A stretch of 64,000 bases of DNA, taken from positions 1 to 64,000 of IMG/VR virus record IMGVR_UViG_2930461776_000001; one strand, given 5' to 3'. The notes below the pieces were generated by a model. The model was given only the letters and a program-made list of their open reading frames with translations. It was not told where the DNA came from and did no database searches. Within the stretch, counting starts at the first letter, position 1, and the number at the start of each line of letters is the position of its first letter. Origin of the DNA: a virus (taxonomy: Duplodnaviria > Caudoviricetes). Positions 28,148 to 37,356 of the stretch are shown piece by piece. The translations under genes were made by a program, and so were the position numbers.

Positions 28148-28483
28148 CTATGGCTGATCGATGTCAGGGCCGTGTCCTTCTGCCGCGCCCGCGCGGGGCG
28201 TTGACTCGGCGGCATGGTTAGCTTTCCCCCGCTTCGCACTGCGCCCCCTGGCAAGGGCTTCGGCCCAGGCGTAGCTACGCCCGAAGAGATCGCCCACTTC
28301 CGCCCACGTGCGTCCCTTGCGCAGCCCTTGAATGGCGCCCTGCTGAAGTGCGTAGAGCCTCTGGTCGCTCTCTGCCAGCCTTTGGCGTGCTTCGAGAGCG
28401 GCGCGGCCCCGCGCGAGCAGGTCGTCAATGGCTTCGACTTCGGCGACTTTCGCCTCCAGGGACTCCGTGAACGCATCTGTCAT
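28148..28483 (-). CDS. HTH repressor (Kor-like position), probably leaderless
   Basis: RTWAEVGDLFGRSYAWAEAL HTH; TTGAGA-N17-TACTCT lies just upstream of the ATG. Confidence 0.65.
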   Translation of the reverse strand: MTDAFTESLEAKVAEVEAIDDLLARGRAALEARQRLAESDQRLYALQQGAIQGLRKGRTWAEVGDLFGRSYAWAEALARGRSAKRGKANHAAESTPRAGAAEGHGPDIDQP

Positions 28484-28565
28484 GAGGTCAGAGTAGGAGT
28501 CAACACGCCAGTTCTCAAGATGGTGTTGACAGACCCTCAGGCAGCGTTCAGGATGGTGTTGAAGC
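28484..28565. promoter_or_regulatory. Divergent promoters with operator repeats
   Basis: TTGACA 28526-28531, N17, CAGGAT on +; GATGGTGTTGA at 28519-28529 and 28552-28562; inverted TCAACAC at 28500-28506. Confidence 0.65.
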
Positions 28566-28691
28566 CGAGGGCGCTCCACCGCCCAAAGCCTCAAGCACCG
28601 CTCCACCGGTGCGCACAAATGAAGACGGGCCGGACACCGCGACTCCACTCGCAGGCCGGCCCTAACCACCAGGTTCTGTAGAGGAGACCCT

Positions 28692-29309
28692 GTGGCTACC
28701 CAAGAGCTTACCGGCGCTCTCAACAGCGTCGATCACGGGGACACGCCCCCGCTTCCGCCGGCCGCCGTGTCCGCGCTGCGTTCCGCCACTGTGGCGGATG
28801 TGGTGGCCCGGCTGAAGGCCGACGGCGGCCTGTACGAGTGGACCGCCGTCCACGCCCTGGGCTGGGGCATGGGCCCGGCGCAGAACGACATCTCCGCGGC
28901 CGTCGAGGCCGCGGAAGCGGCCGGCCTGGTGCGCACCACCACGCTTCGCGGCAAGAAGATGGTGCAGCTGGCTTCCCGCGCGGACCGCGTGAACGTGCTC
29001 CGCGAGTCGATCGCCCGCCGTGCTCTGGCCAGCATCGGCACGCCGACGGACGCACGCATCCTGCGCATCGTCTTTTCCGGCCCGGTGTTGACGGTGGCCA
29101 CCGAGCAGCCGGGCCAGTACTTCCCCTTCGGCGTCGACACGTTCCGCCTCCCCACCGCGGACGAGACCGACCTGGAGCAGGACGAGCCGCTTGGCCTGTC
29201 CGAATGGGTGCTGGCCGACCAGTACGGCGGGTTCGGTGAGGACGAGGTCGAGCAGATGATGGCGGACGCGGCCAGCTACGCGGCCACGCTGCGGAAGGCG
29301 GTGGCCTGA
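28692..29309 (+). CDS. Hypothetical protein, first gene of transfer operon
   Basis: GAGGAG RBS. Confidence 0.65.
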   Translation: MATQELTGALNSVDHGDTPPLPPAAVSALRSATVADVVARLKADGGLYEWTAVHALGWGMGPAQNDISAAVEAAEAAGLVRTTTLRGKKMVQLASRADRVNVLRESIARRALASIGTPTDARILRIVFSGPVLTVATEQPGQYFPFGVDTFRLPTADETDLEQDEPLGLSEWVLADQYGGFGEDEVEQMMADAASYAATLRKAVA

Positions 29310-29551
29310 TGACTACCGCCCTCTCCTCGGCCGACGCTGCCGCGCACATTGCGGCGCAGGGTCCGGTCCGCACGAAATCGGCCCCGAAGCCGGCCCGCCA
29401 GATCCTGCAGTCGTTCCCTGCGTCCGCCCCGCGCGGCAGCTGGCCGGCGGAGGAGTTCGCCGCCGACCGCCGCCGCGAGGGTGTTCCGGCCGACGTGGTG
29501 ATGGACCTGGCTTCCGACTCGTACCTCGTGTTCGTCGAGGCCGCGTCGTGA
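29309..29551 (+). CDS. Hypothetical protein
   Basis: TGATG coupling. Confidence 0.6.
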   Translation: MTTALSSADAAAHIAAQGPVRTKSAPKPARQILQSFPASAPRGSWPAEEFAADRRREGVPADVVMDLASDSYLVFVEAAS

Positions 29552-29738
29552 CCGCCGACGAGTGGGCCGAGCTCCGCCGCAAGGTCGCCGAGGCCAACAA
29601 GCGGTCCGAGAACCGGCCCCGCTAACCCCATAGCCGCCGCGCCGGCGGAGAAATCCGTTCCCCCACGGCACCCGCCGGCGCGGCTTCCAACTCCGCACCA
29701 CCCACCTGCTCCCACTGACCCGGAAGGGCCGATCCATC

Positions 29739-29960
29739 ATGTCCCCGTTCCTGTTCTCCGCCGATCACGCGGCCACCGTCGAGGGCCGCGAGGCTCGCGC
29801 TCTGACGCTCGTACCGGCGCTCCCCATCGCCTACCTGTTCGCCGAGTACGGCGCGGCTGTCGCCCGGGGCGACCGGGCCCGGATCGCGGAGCTGCGTCTC
29901 GCCGCTGACCCGGAGCTGCTGGCCGAGCTCGACGGCTTCGACTACAAGGCGGCCGGCTGA
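29739..29960 (+). CDS. Hypothetical protein
   Basis: GAAGGG RBS. Confidence 0.55.
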   Translation: MSPFLFSADHAATVEGREARALTLVPALPIAYLFAEYGAAVARGDRARIAELRLAADPELLAELDGFDYKAAG

Positions 29961-30124
29961 TGGCGATCCGTGAGTCCTGGGTGCCCGGTGAAGGCATGCG
30001 CTACCGGGTCATCGGCGACCCGCGCCCGTTCCGGAACTTCCCCACCCGGGAGAAGGCGGAGCAGCTGGAGGCCGAACTGGCCGAGGCGCAGCGGCGCGCA
30101 AACCGCAAGAGCGGGGCCGCGTGA
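29960..30124 (+). CDS. Hypothetical protein
   Basis: TGATG coupling at both ends. Confidence 0.5.
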   Translation: MAIRESWVPGEGMRYRVIGDPRPFRNFPTREKAEQLEAELAEAQRRANRKSGAA

Positions 30125-30504
30125 TGGCCACGGTCGAGATCGTCTCCTTCGGCTACCTGCACGACGCCCCGCCGGCTGCGGATCTGACGGTCGACTTGCG
30201 GCATCACTTCCGCGACCCGCACGTCGCCCCGGAACTCCGCCACATGACGGCGAACGACGCCCCCGTCCGCCGCGCCGTCATGGCGACGCCGGGTGTCTGG
30301 CCGCTGGTTGCCGCGACGGCGGCTGCTGTGGAGGCGTTCACGCAGGGCCCGTCCGCCGACACGGTCACCGTCGCGGCGGGTTGCGCGGGCGGCCGGCACC
30401 GGGCGCCGACGGTGGCCCGCGAACTCGCCTCACGCCTCATCCAGGCCGGGCACGCCGTTGTCGTACACCACCGGGACCTGGACAAGCCCGTCGTCCAGCG
30501 CTGA
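30124..30504 (+). CDS. Standalone RapZ C-terminal-domain protein
   Basis: VSFGY...AD..VDLR...DP...LR..T...GC.GGRHR...HRDL. Confidence 0.8.
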   Translation: MATVEIVSFGYLHDAPPAADLTVDLRHHFRDPHVAPELRHMTANDAPVRRAVMATPGVWPLVAATAAAVEAFTQGPSADTVTVAAGCAGGRHRAPTVARELASRLIQAGHAVVVHHRDLDKPVVQR

Positions 30505-30603
30505 ACCCAGCCCTCGCCGGGTCGATCCCGGGCCTACGCCGCAAACGCGGGTGAGGGCACGCACCAACAACTCATCCAGCAGCTACGAGAGGAAACCCCC
30601 ACC

Positions 30604-30792
30604 ATGCCCAAGTTCCAGGTCCGAGGCGCCGCGCAGCCCATGTGGTCCGACGAGACGCTTCACGTCGACGCCAACGTCAGCGCCTCCAGCGCGGCACACG
30701 CCGTGTCGAAGGTCGCCGAGCACGTCGAGGCCGAGCACGAGGGCTTCTACTTCCACGACGATCGCGCCACCGCCAAGCAGACGGACCGCTGA
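30604..30792 (+). CDS. Hypothetical protein
   Basis: GAGAGG RBS. Confidence 0.5.
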   Translation: MPKFQVRGAAQPMWSDETLHVDANVSASSAAHAVSKVAEHVEAEHEGFYFHDDRATAKQTDR

Positions 30793-30946
30793 ACGTCGCG
30801 CCGTGGCGGCGCTTCCCGGCCGCCACGGCCCCCGGCTTCTGGCCGGGCCCGAGGTCGCCCCGCACCCCACCCCATCCCCTCCGCGGGGCGACCCCGAGCA
30901 CGACCAGCACCACCGCCAACCGAATCCGATCCGAGAGGACCACCCC

Positions 30947-31120
30947 ATGGCCTGGAAGCAGGACCGCGCAGAGATCAAGCGGCTGATGGCTGCCCGCCCC
31001 GACCCGGACGGCAAGAAGAACTGCGACTCGCAGGAGGCCAAGGCCGTCAACGACCAGCTGAACCGCAAGCTCGCCGAGCAGCCCGTGTGGCGTCGCGGCC
31101 GATTCCTGTACGAGAGCTGA
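30947..31120 (+). CDS. Hypothetical protein
   Basis: GAGAGG RBS. Confidence 0.5.
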   Translation: MAWKQDRAEIKRLMAARPDPDGKKNCDSQEAKAVNDQLNRKLAEQPVWRRGRFLYES

Positions 31121-31200
31121 CCGGCTGCCCGATCCGCCCGTCTCGCACGGGCGGTGAGGGGAACCGCTCAGCGTTCCACAACCCACCGAGAGGAACCCAG

Positions 31201-31371
31201 ATGGGCTTGTTCAGCAGGGCCGCCGATTCCGCCGCTTCGACCGTGGCCCGCGCGGGCCAGAAGGTGGCCGGCGACAAGGGCGTCCAGGCCGCAAACAAGA
31301 TCACCGGTCCGTTGCTCGGTCGCACGCACGAGAAGTGCTCCGACACCTGCGACAACTGCAACAACCGCTGA
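31201..31371 (+). CDS. Small Cys-containing protein
   Basis: GAGAGG RBS; H..C...C..C. Confidence 0.5.
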   Translation: MGLFSRAADSAASTVARAGQKVAGDKGVQAANKITGPLLGRTHEKCSDTCDNCNNR

Positions 31372-31464
31372 CCGGCTGCCCGCGGCGCGCAACCCCGGTT
31401 GTGCGCCAAGGAGAACCGGCCAGCACCACCCCACCATCCGCCTTCGACCCCCGAAGAGGTCGTC

Positions 31465-31665
31465 ATGCTCCGTGTCATCGCCTGGGCCCTCCTGGTCCTC
31501 TACCTGCTGCTCGTCGGCCTGTTCCCCGCCGCCGCAGCCCCGGTGTCGCTCGCGTTCACCGGCCTCGGCGCCGTCGTCGCCGCGATCCCCGGCCCGGTAC
31601 TCCTGCTCGCCGCCGTCGTGGCGTGGCTGAAGCACCGGCCCACCCCCAAGTCCGTCACCGCCTGA
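31465..31665 (+). CDS. Small hydrophobic Spd-like membrane protein
   Basis: Almost entirely hydrophobic, upstream of the translocase. Confidence 0.55.
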   Translation: MLRVIAWALLVLYLLLVGLFPAAAAPVSLAFTGLGAVVAAIPGPVLLLAAVVAWLKHRPTPKSVTA

Positions 31666-31696
31666 CCACCCGCACGCCTGAAGGGATTGATCTACC

Positions 31697-32983
31697 GTGA
31701 CCGCCACATCCGTCGAGAAGGTCAACGGCCACGCGCCGGGCTTCGACGCCGTCGCGCTCGCCAGGGCGGAGGCGATCCGGACCGAGGCCGACGCCAAGGC
31801 CGAAGCGCTGCGTATCGAGGCCAAGGGCAAGGCTGACGCCGAGCGCACCCTCGCCGGCGAGCAGGCCGAAGAGCTGCGCCTCGCGAACGAGCGCAAGCGC
31901 ATCCGACTGGAGAAGGACCAGGTCGACCACAAGGCCTACGTCGCCAAGAAGGCCGCCGAGACCGCGAAGTCCCAGGCCGAGCAGGGGAAGACCGAGCAGG
32001 CCGCGGCCGATGAGGAGGCGGCGGAGGCGCAGCTGCTGGCCGAGCAGGAGCGGGCCGAGCGCTGGTGGAAGTGGGGCGCTCGCGGCATCTACGCCGTCGG
32101 CCTGATCATCGCCGCCCCGGTGCAGTTCATGCACTTCTGGGACCGCGAGCGGCCCTTCCTCATCGCCGCCCCCGCCCTCCTGGAAGGCCTCGCCCTCGTC
32201 CTCGCCTTCGGCGCTGCATGGGCGGTCGCCCACCGCCGGGACGTCGCCCCCTACCGGGTCGGCATCATGCTCGGCGCCGTCATCGCCGCCGGCATCAACC
32301 TGTACGGCGGCCTGTACGACGCACGGATCGGCTTCAACGCCGGCCTGATCGGCGCCATCGCCTCCCTCGGCGGGCCGATCGTCCTCATGGCCTACGAGCA
32401 CGGCATCGCCCAGAAGGCCGACGGGATCCCGTCTTGGCGAGAGCGCCGAGCGGCCGAGAAGAAGGCCGAGGCGGATGCGGAGGCTCGTGCCGCTGCCCGC
32501 GCGGCCAAGGCCGAGGGGGAGGCGAAGGCCGCATCCGACAAGGCGGCCCGGGAGAAGGCGACCGAGGAGGAGCAGGCTCGCAAGGACGCCGACCGTGAAG
32601 CGGGGCACCCAGACGTGTGGGAGGTCGCCGACGCGATCCGTTCCGCACGCGGCTCGCGGTACGTCACGGACCAGATTTGGGCCGAGTCGTGGTTCCTCGT
32701 GACGGGCTGCAAGACGGTCGGCATCCGTGCCGAAATCGAAGAGCAGTCGCGCGCCGCGCAGGCCCACATGCGGACCGTCACCGGCGCCCCCGTCTTGGGC
32801 TCGTTGTCGCTGATCGAATCCCAAAAGGTCCCCCGCGCCAAGAAGGACCCGAACGCCCCCGACGGACGCCGCAACAACGGCGGCACGCCGCCCGTCCGTC
32901 GGCCCGGAGAGAGCGCCCCCAACCACCCCCTCGCCCGCGCCCAGGCTCGCGTCGAGCAGACCACCGAGAAGGACTCGCAGTGA
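31697..32983 (+). CDS. SpdB-like coiled-coil, four-TM transfer/spread protein
   Basis: N-terminal coiled coil, four transmembrane segments, charged C-terminus; coupled to traB. Confidence 0.65.
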   Translation: MTATSVEKVNGHAPGFDAVALARAEAIRTEADAKAEALRIEAKGKADAERTLAGEQAEELRLANERKRIRLEKDQVDHKAYVAKKAAETAKSQAEQGKTEQAAADEEAAEAQLLAEQERAERWWKWGARGIYAVGLIIAAPVQFMHFWDRERPFLIAAPALLEGLALVLAFGAAWAVAHRRDVAPYRVGIMLGAVIAAGINLYGGLYDARIGFNAGLIGAIASLGGPIVLMAYEHGIAQKADGIPSWRERRAAEKKAEADAEARAAARAAKAEGEAKAASDKAAREKATEEEQARKDADREAGHPDVWEVADAIRSARGSRYVTDQIWAESWFLVTGCKTVGIRAEIEEQSRAAQAHMRTVTGAPVLGSLSLIESQKVPRAKKDPNAPDGRRNNGGTPPVRRPGESAPNHPLARAQARVEQTTEKDSQ

Positions 32984-35064
32984 GCATCGAGACGACCCCC
33001 AGCAACGCGCCCGACCCGGAGTGGGACCGGCTCACCGCCACCCTCGTCAAGGAGCCCGAGCCGGCCCGGTTCGAGTTCGAGAAGCGGCCCCGCCCGGCGT
33101 GGATGATGTCCGGCGAGCAGCTCCGCCAGTGGGCCGTGTACGCCGGCGACAACACGGTCGACGCGATCCGCTTCCACGTCACCCACAGCCCCTACTACCT
33201 CGGCTGGTCCGTGCGCGGCTATCGGCGGCTCTGCTTGCACTGGTGGGCCGCCCGGCACGACGACTACCGGCAGCAGATCGCCACCGCCAAGCAGATGCTG
33301 CGCGCCTCCAAGGGCAAGCCCGCCGACGAGGCCAAGTACAAGGCAATCGTCGACGTGCGCCGCGCCGAGTACAAGGCGCACAAGAAGCGCCACTGGATCC
33401 GCACCGGGATCTGTGGACTCACCGTCGCCGGTGGCAGCACGGCCGCATTCGTGCTCGGCAGTTGGTGGGTTCAACTGCTCCTCACTCTCGCCTACATCGT
33501 TGTTGGCGCCTGCTTCGGCCGGCCCGCCGAGCCCGCCGTGAAGCCGATCCAGGCACCGACCCGCACCAGCCACCTGGGCGAGGACACCATGCGCCGTGTC
33601 CTCGTCGAGGCCGGTGTCGTCCCTGAGAAGCGCGGCGACGAGATCCGCGGCGTCGGCATCCCCCACACCGAGGGCCCCGGCATCGCCTACGCCGTCCACA
33701 CCCCCTCGGGCATCCCGGCGTCGGTCGCCGTCGCGAAGAAGCAGCAGGTCGCCGCCGCGCTCGGCGTGCACTCCGACTGGCTCGACTTGTCTGTCGGCAG
33801 CGTCGAGACGCTGCTGCTGATCTGGGTCGCCAGCGAGGACCCGTTCGCCACGACTCGGGTTTCCCCGCTCGTCGGGCACAAGGGTGCTCTTGACCTGTGG
33901 AACGACGGGGCCCCGCTCGCGTTCGGCAAGCGCGGCAACACAATCCTGTCCCGGCTGCGCGACGCGATGATGCTCGTTGGCGGCGCCACCCGCCGAGGAA
34001 AGGGCATGTTCATCGCCAACCTGAACCTGGCCGGGGCGAAAGATGTGCGGGTCAACCTTCGACTCTTTGACGGCAAGGCCTCCGGTGAGCACAACTCGTT
34101 CGGTGGGCTGCTGGCTACGTTCGTAAAGAAGAACCCCGAGCGTCTCGCCCTGTTCCTCCGCGCCGTGCTGGAAGACCTGGACCGCCGCGCGGACTTCCTG
34201 GACGACCGCAACAAATCCAAGCTGAGCGAAGACCTCATTGAGGCGATCGGCGGCATCGAACTCATCGTGATCGACGAGCTCGCCACCTACAGCGCGAAGC
34301 AGACCAGCCCCTACCGCGACGAGATCATCGAGAGCCTGTGCCAGATCGCGGCCGTCGGCGCCTCCCTCGGCGTGCTGCTGGTGTGCGCCACGCAAGTTCC
34401 CGAGGTGGAGGTCGTCCCGGCGCGCCTGCGCCAGAACCTCATCTCGCGCGCGGCGATGAACACCGAGTCGCCGAGCGCTTCCAACGTCATCCTCGGCGAC
34501 GGCATGGCGGGCCAGGGGTTCGACTCCTCCCTGATTCCTCTCAATCAGCCGGGCAGGTTCTGGTTCAAGTCCCCCGACCTTGGCACGATCCCGCTGCGCA
34601 CGTTCCTCACGGAAGACGACGACAAGCCGCCGATCATTGCCGACGCCTACGAGCTCCGAAAGGCGGCCGGCCGGTTGCCTGGTCAGTGGAAGGACCCAAT
34701 CGAGGTCAGGTTGCTGGCCTGGACCGGCGTCTCGTCCGCGGCCGGCGGGGAGCGAGGGAACGGGCGCATCGTCCGCGTCACCCTCTTGGAGAGGCTGGAG
34801 ACGATCGCCCGGTCCACCGACCGCGGGGGAGCGACGAACGCCGAGGTGTTCGCCGCGCTGGCCGCGACGAGCAGCGCCAAGTACGGGCGGCAGGACGGCG
34901 AGACGGACCGCGGCTGGACCACCCGAGTCGGAAAGATCCTCAAGGACGAGATCGAGGCCCTCGGTGTCGATCTGGACGTCAAGCGGGTCACCGGCCCGGA
35001 CGGGGAGCGCACTCCCGGCTACCTCCTCACCGACATCATCGCCGCCCGGAATGTCCGCACTTGA
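32980..35064 (+). CDS. traB: TraB-like FtsK/SpoIIIE DNA translocase
   Basis: N-terminal TM pair; Walker A GATRRGKG; DGK; Walker B IVIDEL; ATQ.P; ILGDG; C-terminal wHTH ending GY...DI..A. Confidence 0.85.
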   Translation: MSIETTPSNAPDPEWDRLTATLVKEPEPARFEFEKRPRPAWMMSGEQLRQWAVYAGDNTVDAIRFHVTHSPYYLGWSVRGYRRLCLHWWAARHDDYRQQIATAKQMLRASKGKPADEAKYKAIVDVRRAEYKAHKKRHWIRTGICGLTVAGGSTAAFVLGSWWVQLLLTLAYIVVGACFGRPAEPAVKPIQAPTRTSHLGEDTMRRVLVEAGVVPEKRGDEIRGVGIPHTEGPGIAYAVHTPSGIPASVAVAKKQQVAAALGVHSDWLDLSVGSVETLLLIWVASEDPFATTRVSPLVGHKGALDLWNDGAPLAFGKRGNTILSRLRDAMMLVGGATRRGKGMFIANLNLAGAKDVRVNLRLFDGKASGEHNSFGGLLATFVKKNPERLALFLRAVLEDLDRRADFLDDRNKSKLSEDLIEAIGGIELIVIDELATYSAKQTSPYRDEIIESLCQIAAVGASLGVLLVCATQVPEVEVVPARLRQNLISRAAMNTESPSASNVILGDGMAGQGFDSSLIPLNQPGRFWFKSPDLGTIPLRTFLTEDDDKPPIIADAYELRKAAGRLPGQWKDPIEVRLLAWTGVSSAAGGERGNGRIVRVTLLERLETIARSTDRGGATNAEVFAALAATSSAKYGRQDGETDRGWTTRVGKILKDEIEALGVDLDVKRVTGPDGERTPGYLLTDIIAARNVRT

Positions 35065-35227
35065 GGTCTGACACAGGTCTGCCACCGCCTGGATAACCGC
35101 AGGCCGCAGGTCTGACACAGGTCTGCCAGCAGCAGCCAGCCGGCCACCGCTACGGCAAGACGTGTCAGACCTGCGGCAGACCTCCCACCTGCAGCTTTAC
35201 CGCCCACGACAGACCTCAGACAGACCG
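35064..35227. repeat. Putative clt locus: eight phased 8-bp TraB recognition repeats in two opposing sets
   Basis: AGGTCTGM at 35064, 35075, 35108 and 35119; inverse NCAGACCK at 35165, 35176, 35209 and 35220. Confidence 0.75.
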
Positions 35228-35240
35228 AAAGGAGGCCCGA

Positions 35241-35879
35241 ATGCTCACCCTGAAGATCCAGCAGATGACGATCAACGACCACCCGTACCTGTGCCCCGTG
35301 TGCGCCTCCGAGGCCTTCACCCTCGACGCCGCCGGCTTCATCGACGCCCTCCCCGTCCGCGGCAACTGCTGGCAGTCCCACAGCTGGGAAGAGCCCCTCA
35401 TCACCCTCGGCCACCTCAAGCTGATCAACGAGGTGCGCACCGGCCGCGAACGCGCCGAAGACGACGACACCTTCGCCATCCAGATCGGTTGCGCCACCCT
35501 CGCCGGGATCCTCCACCCCGACGTCATCCTCGACGACCTCAAGCGCGCCACCCGCGACGTGTACTGGAAGCGGATCATCAAGCCCGCCATCCGGCGCCGC
35601 AAGAACAAGGCGATCCGCACCGTGAAGCGGCCGTTCAAGAAGGCCGCAGGCGCCGTCTCCAGCCGTGTCGACGACACCGTCGCCGCGGCCAAGGCTGCCG
35701 CCATCAACGCCGCCTGGGACTGGCAGACCGGCGGCCACGCACCCGACCCCAACTGCCAGCCCGAACCCGTCAACACGTGCGCCGCCTGCGTCGGCGGCTA
35801 CCTCCAGCTCGACACCCACCTGCACCAGACCACCCGCGTCCGCTGCTCCGTATGCCACGGCACCGGCGAAATCGACTAG
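35241..35879 (+). CDS. Zinc-finger protein
   Basis: CPVC...C...H at N-terminus; CAAC.G...CSVCHGTG at C-terminus; AAAGGAGG RBS. Confidence 0.7.
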   Translation: MLTLKIQQMTINDHPYLCPVCASEAFTLDAAGFIDALPVRGNCWQSHSWEEPLITLGHLKLINEVRTGRERAEDDDTFAIQIGCATLAGILHPDVILDDLKRATRDVYWKRIIKPAIRRRKNKAIRTVKRPFKKAAGAVSSRVDDTVAAAKAAAINAAWDWQTGGHAPDPNCQPEPVNTCAACVGGYLQLDTHLHQTTRVRCSVCHGTGEID

Positions 35880-35887
35880 GAGAACTC

Positions 35888-36340
35888 ATGCCCGAGCACA
35901 CCGCGCCGCTGAGTGAGGAGGCCGCCAAGCAGGAAGCCCACCGACTCATCCGCGACGCCTACCGCCCCACCTCCTACCGCGACACCAGCCCCGTTCCTCA
36001 GCACGGCACCGCCCCGCCCGTACCGCAGCCCGGACGGCCCCCGATGTCGCAGCGGGCCACCGACATTAGCGGCGTCATGCTCGCTGGCAGCATCGCCTGC
36101 GTACCCGTCGGCGGCATGGCGTGCCTCGTCTTGCTCGCCCTCGATCAAGTCGACCGCGTCAGTCTCGCGATCGCCGCCGCCGCACCCATCGCCCTCGGCC
36201 TAGTGATCAGCCTTCTGCTCCACCGCGCCAAGGACGTACTGCCCGAGGAGCACCACCACCACTACAGCGGCAACGTCTACCAGCAGCAGAACACCACCAA
36301 CAGCCGGTCCGTGTGGGCCAAGAACATCAACGAGAAGTAG
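35888..36340 (+). CDS. SpdD-like two-TM protein
   Basis: Pro-rich N-terminus, two TM segments, HHHHYSGNVYQ tail. Confidence 0.6.
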   Translation: MPEHTAPLSEEAAKQEAHRLIRDAYRPTSYRDTSPVPQHGTAPPVPQPGRPPMSQRATDISGVMLAGSIACVPVGGMACLVLLALDQVDRVSLAIAAAAPIALGLVISLLLHRAKDVLPEEHHHHYSGNVYQQQNTTNSRSVWAKNINEK

Positions 36341-36351
36341 GAGGAGGCCCG

Positions 36352-36528
36352 ATGGCCCGCTCGCCGTTCGTGTACGGGGTCGTTGCACCCAACCTGCTGG
36401 GCCTGGCCGCCCTCGCCGCCATCGTGCTTCCCGGCGATCCGGGTACTGGGCGGATCCTGCTCGGGTTCGCCGTGTACCTCATTGTCGTCGTCGGCGGCAG
36501 CGGCGTCGGGAATCGGCTCATCCGCTAG
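36352..36528 (+). CDS. Small membrane protein
   Basis: AGGAGGAGG RBS, two TM segments. Confidence 0.5.
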   Translation: MARSPFVYGVVAPNLLGLAALAAIVLPGDPGTGRILLGFAVYLIVVVGGSGVGNRLIR

Positions 36529-36640
36529 CCGCGGCTTCCTCTCCTGCTCCCGATCTCGAATCGGTGACCGTTAAACCGTCCCGCATACATCAACATCATC
36601 CGCCGATAACCTACCGATCCATCACATCCCTGGGGGGACC

Positions 36641-37168
36641 ATGACGAACGACCAACCCGAAGAGCCGACTTCGACCCTGCCTGACGTGCCGCCGCCACCG
36701 GCCGAACCGCCAGCCGTACCCGGTCCCGAGACGCCGGAGAAGAGACTCAGCCCCCTCGCCGCCGGCCTGGTCGGCCTCGCCGTTGGTGCCGGCATCATGG
36801 GCGGCATCTGGGCCATCACCGCCACCAGCGGCCCCGACGCCCCCGCCACCTTCACCCTCGAGGGAGCCTTCGCCCTCACCGAAGAGGTCGACCCCTCCGG
36901 CGATGACTGCGCGGCCAGCTACGACTCCGGCTACGACGACATCTCCGAAGGCGCCTCCGTCACCGTGTACGGGGCGAAAGGCGACGTCATCGCAACCGGC
37001 GAACTCGGCGACTCCAAGTACGAGTCCTACACCTGCATCTTCGACATCGCCGTACCCGACGTCCCCAAGGGCGAGAAGTTCTACAAGGTCGAAGTCTCCC
37101 ACCGCGGCACTGTGCAGGTGTCCGCGAAGGAAGCCGAGAACGGCGACCTGTTCGCCAGCCTCGGCTGA
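36641..37168 (+). CDS. Membrane-anchored extracytoplasmic protein
   Basis: Single TM, GYDDI..G..VTV, Cys pair. Confidence 0.7.
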   Translation: MTNDQPEEPTSTLPDVPPPPAEPPAVPGPETPEKRLSPLAAGLVGLAVGAGIMGGIWAITATSGPDAPATFTLEGAFALTEEVDPSGDDCAASYDSGYDDISEGASVTVYGAKGDVIATGELGDSKYESYTCIFDIAVPDVPKGEKFYKVEVSHRGTVQVSAKEAENGDLFASLG

Positions 37169-37200
37169 GAGGATGAAGCCATGACGATCGGAGGGGCAGC

Positions 37201-37356
37201 GTGAAGAAGCTCCGGCACATCGGACGGGAGACTTGGCGGGTCATCCGCTTCCTTGCTACCGGCCGCACGAACAGCCGACGCGACCGGCAGGCACTCGCCA
37301 ACTACGGGCGCTACCAAGCCAGCGAGCGGGCCGCCGAGAGCAGCGGCGAGCGCTAG
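37201..37356 (+). CDS. Small basic hypothetical protein
   Basis: GGAGG RBS. Confidence 0.35.
   Translation: MKKLRHIGRETWRVIRFLATGRTNSRRDRQALANYGRYQASERAAESSGER

Noticed and set aside
32392-35118. 908-aa minus-strand ORF
   Set aside because: Antisense shadow of traB in high-GC DNA; no recognisable motifs.
35064-35227. Possible CRISPR array
   Set aside because: Repeats are only 8 bp, lie in two orientations and have no spacer-length unique sequences; no cas genes.
25685-36528. Independent nested AICE
   Set aside because: No integrase, xis, RepSA or att repeats seen by eye; not fully excluded without comparative data.
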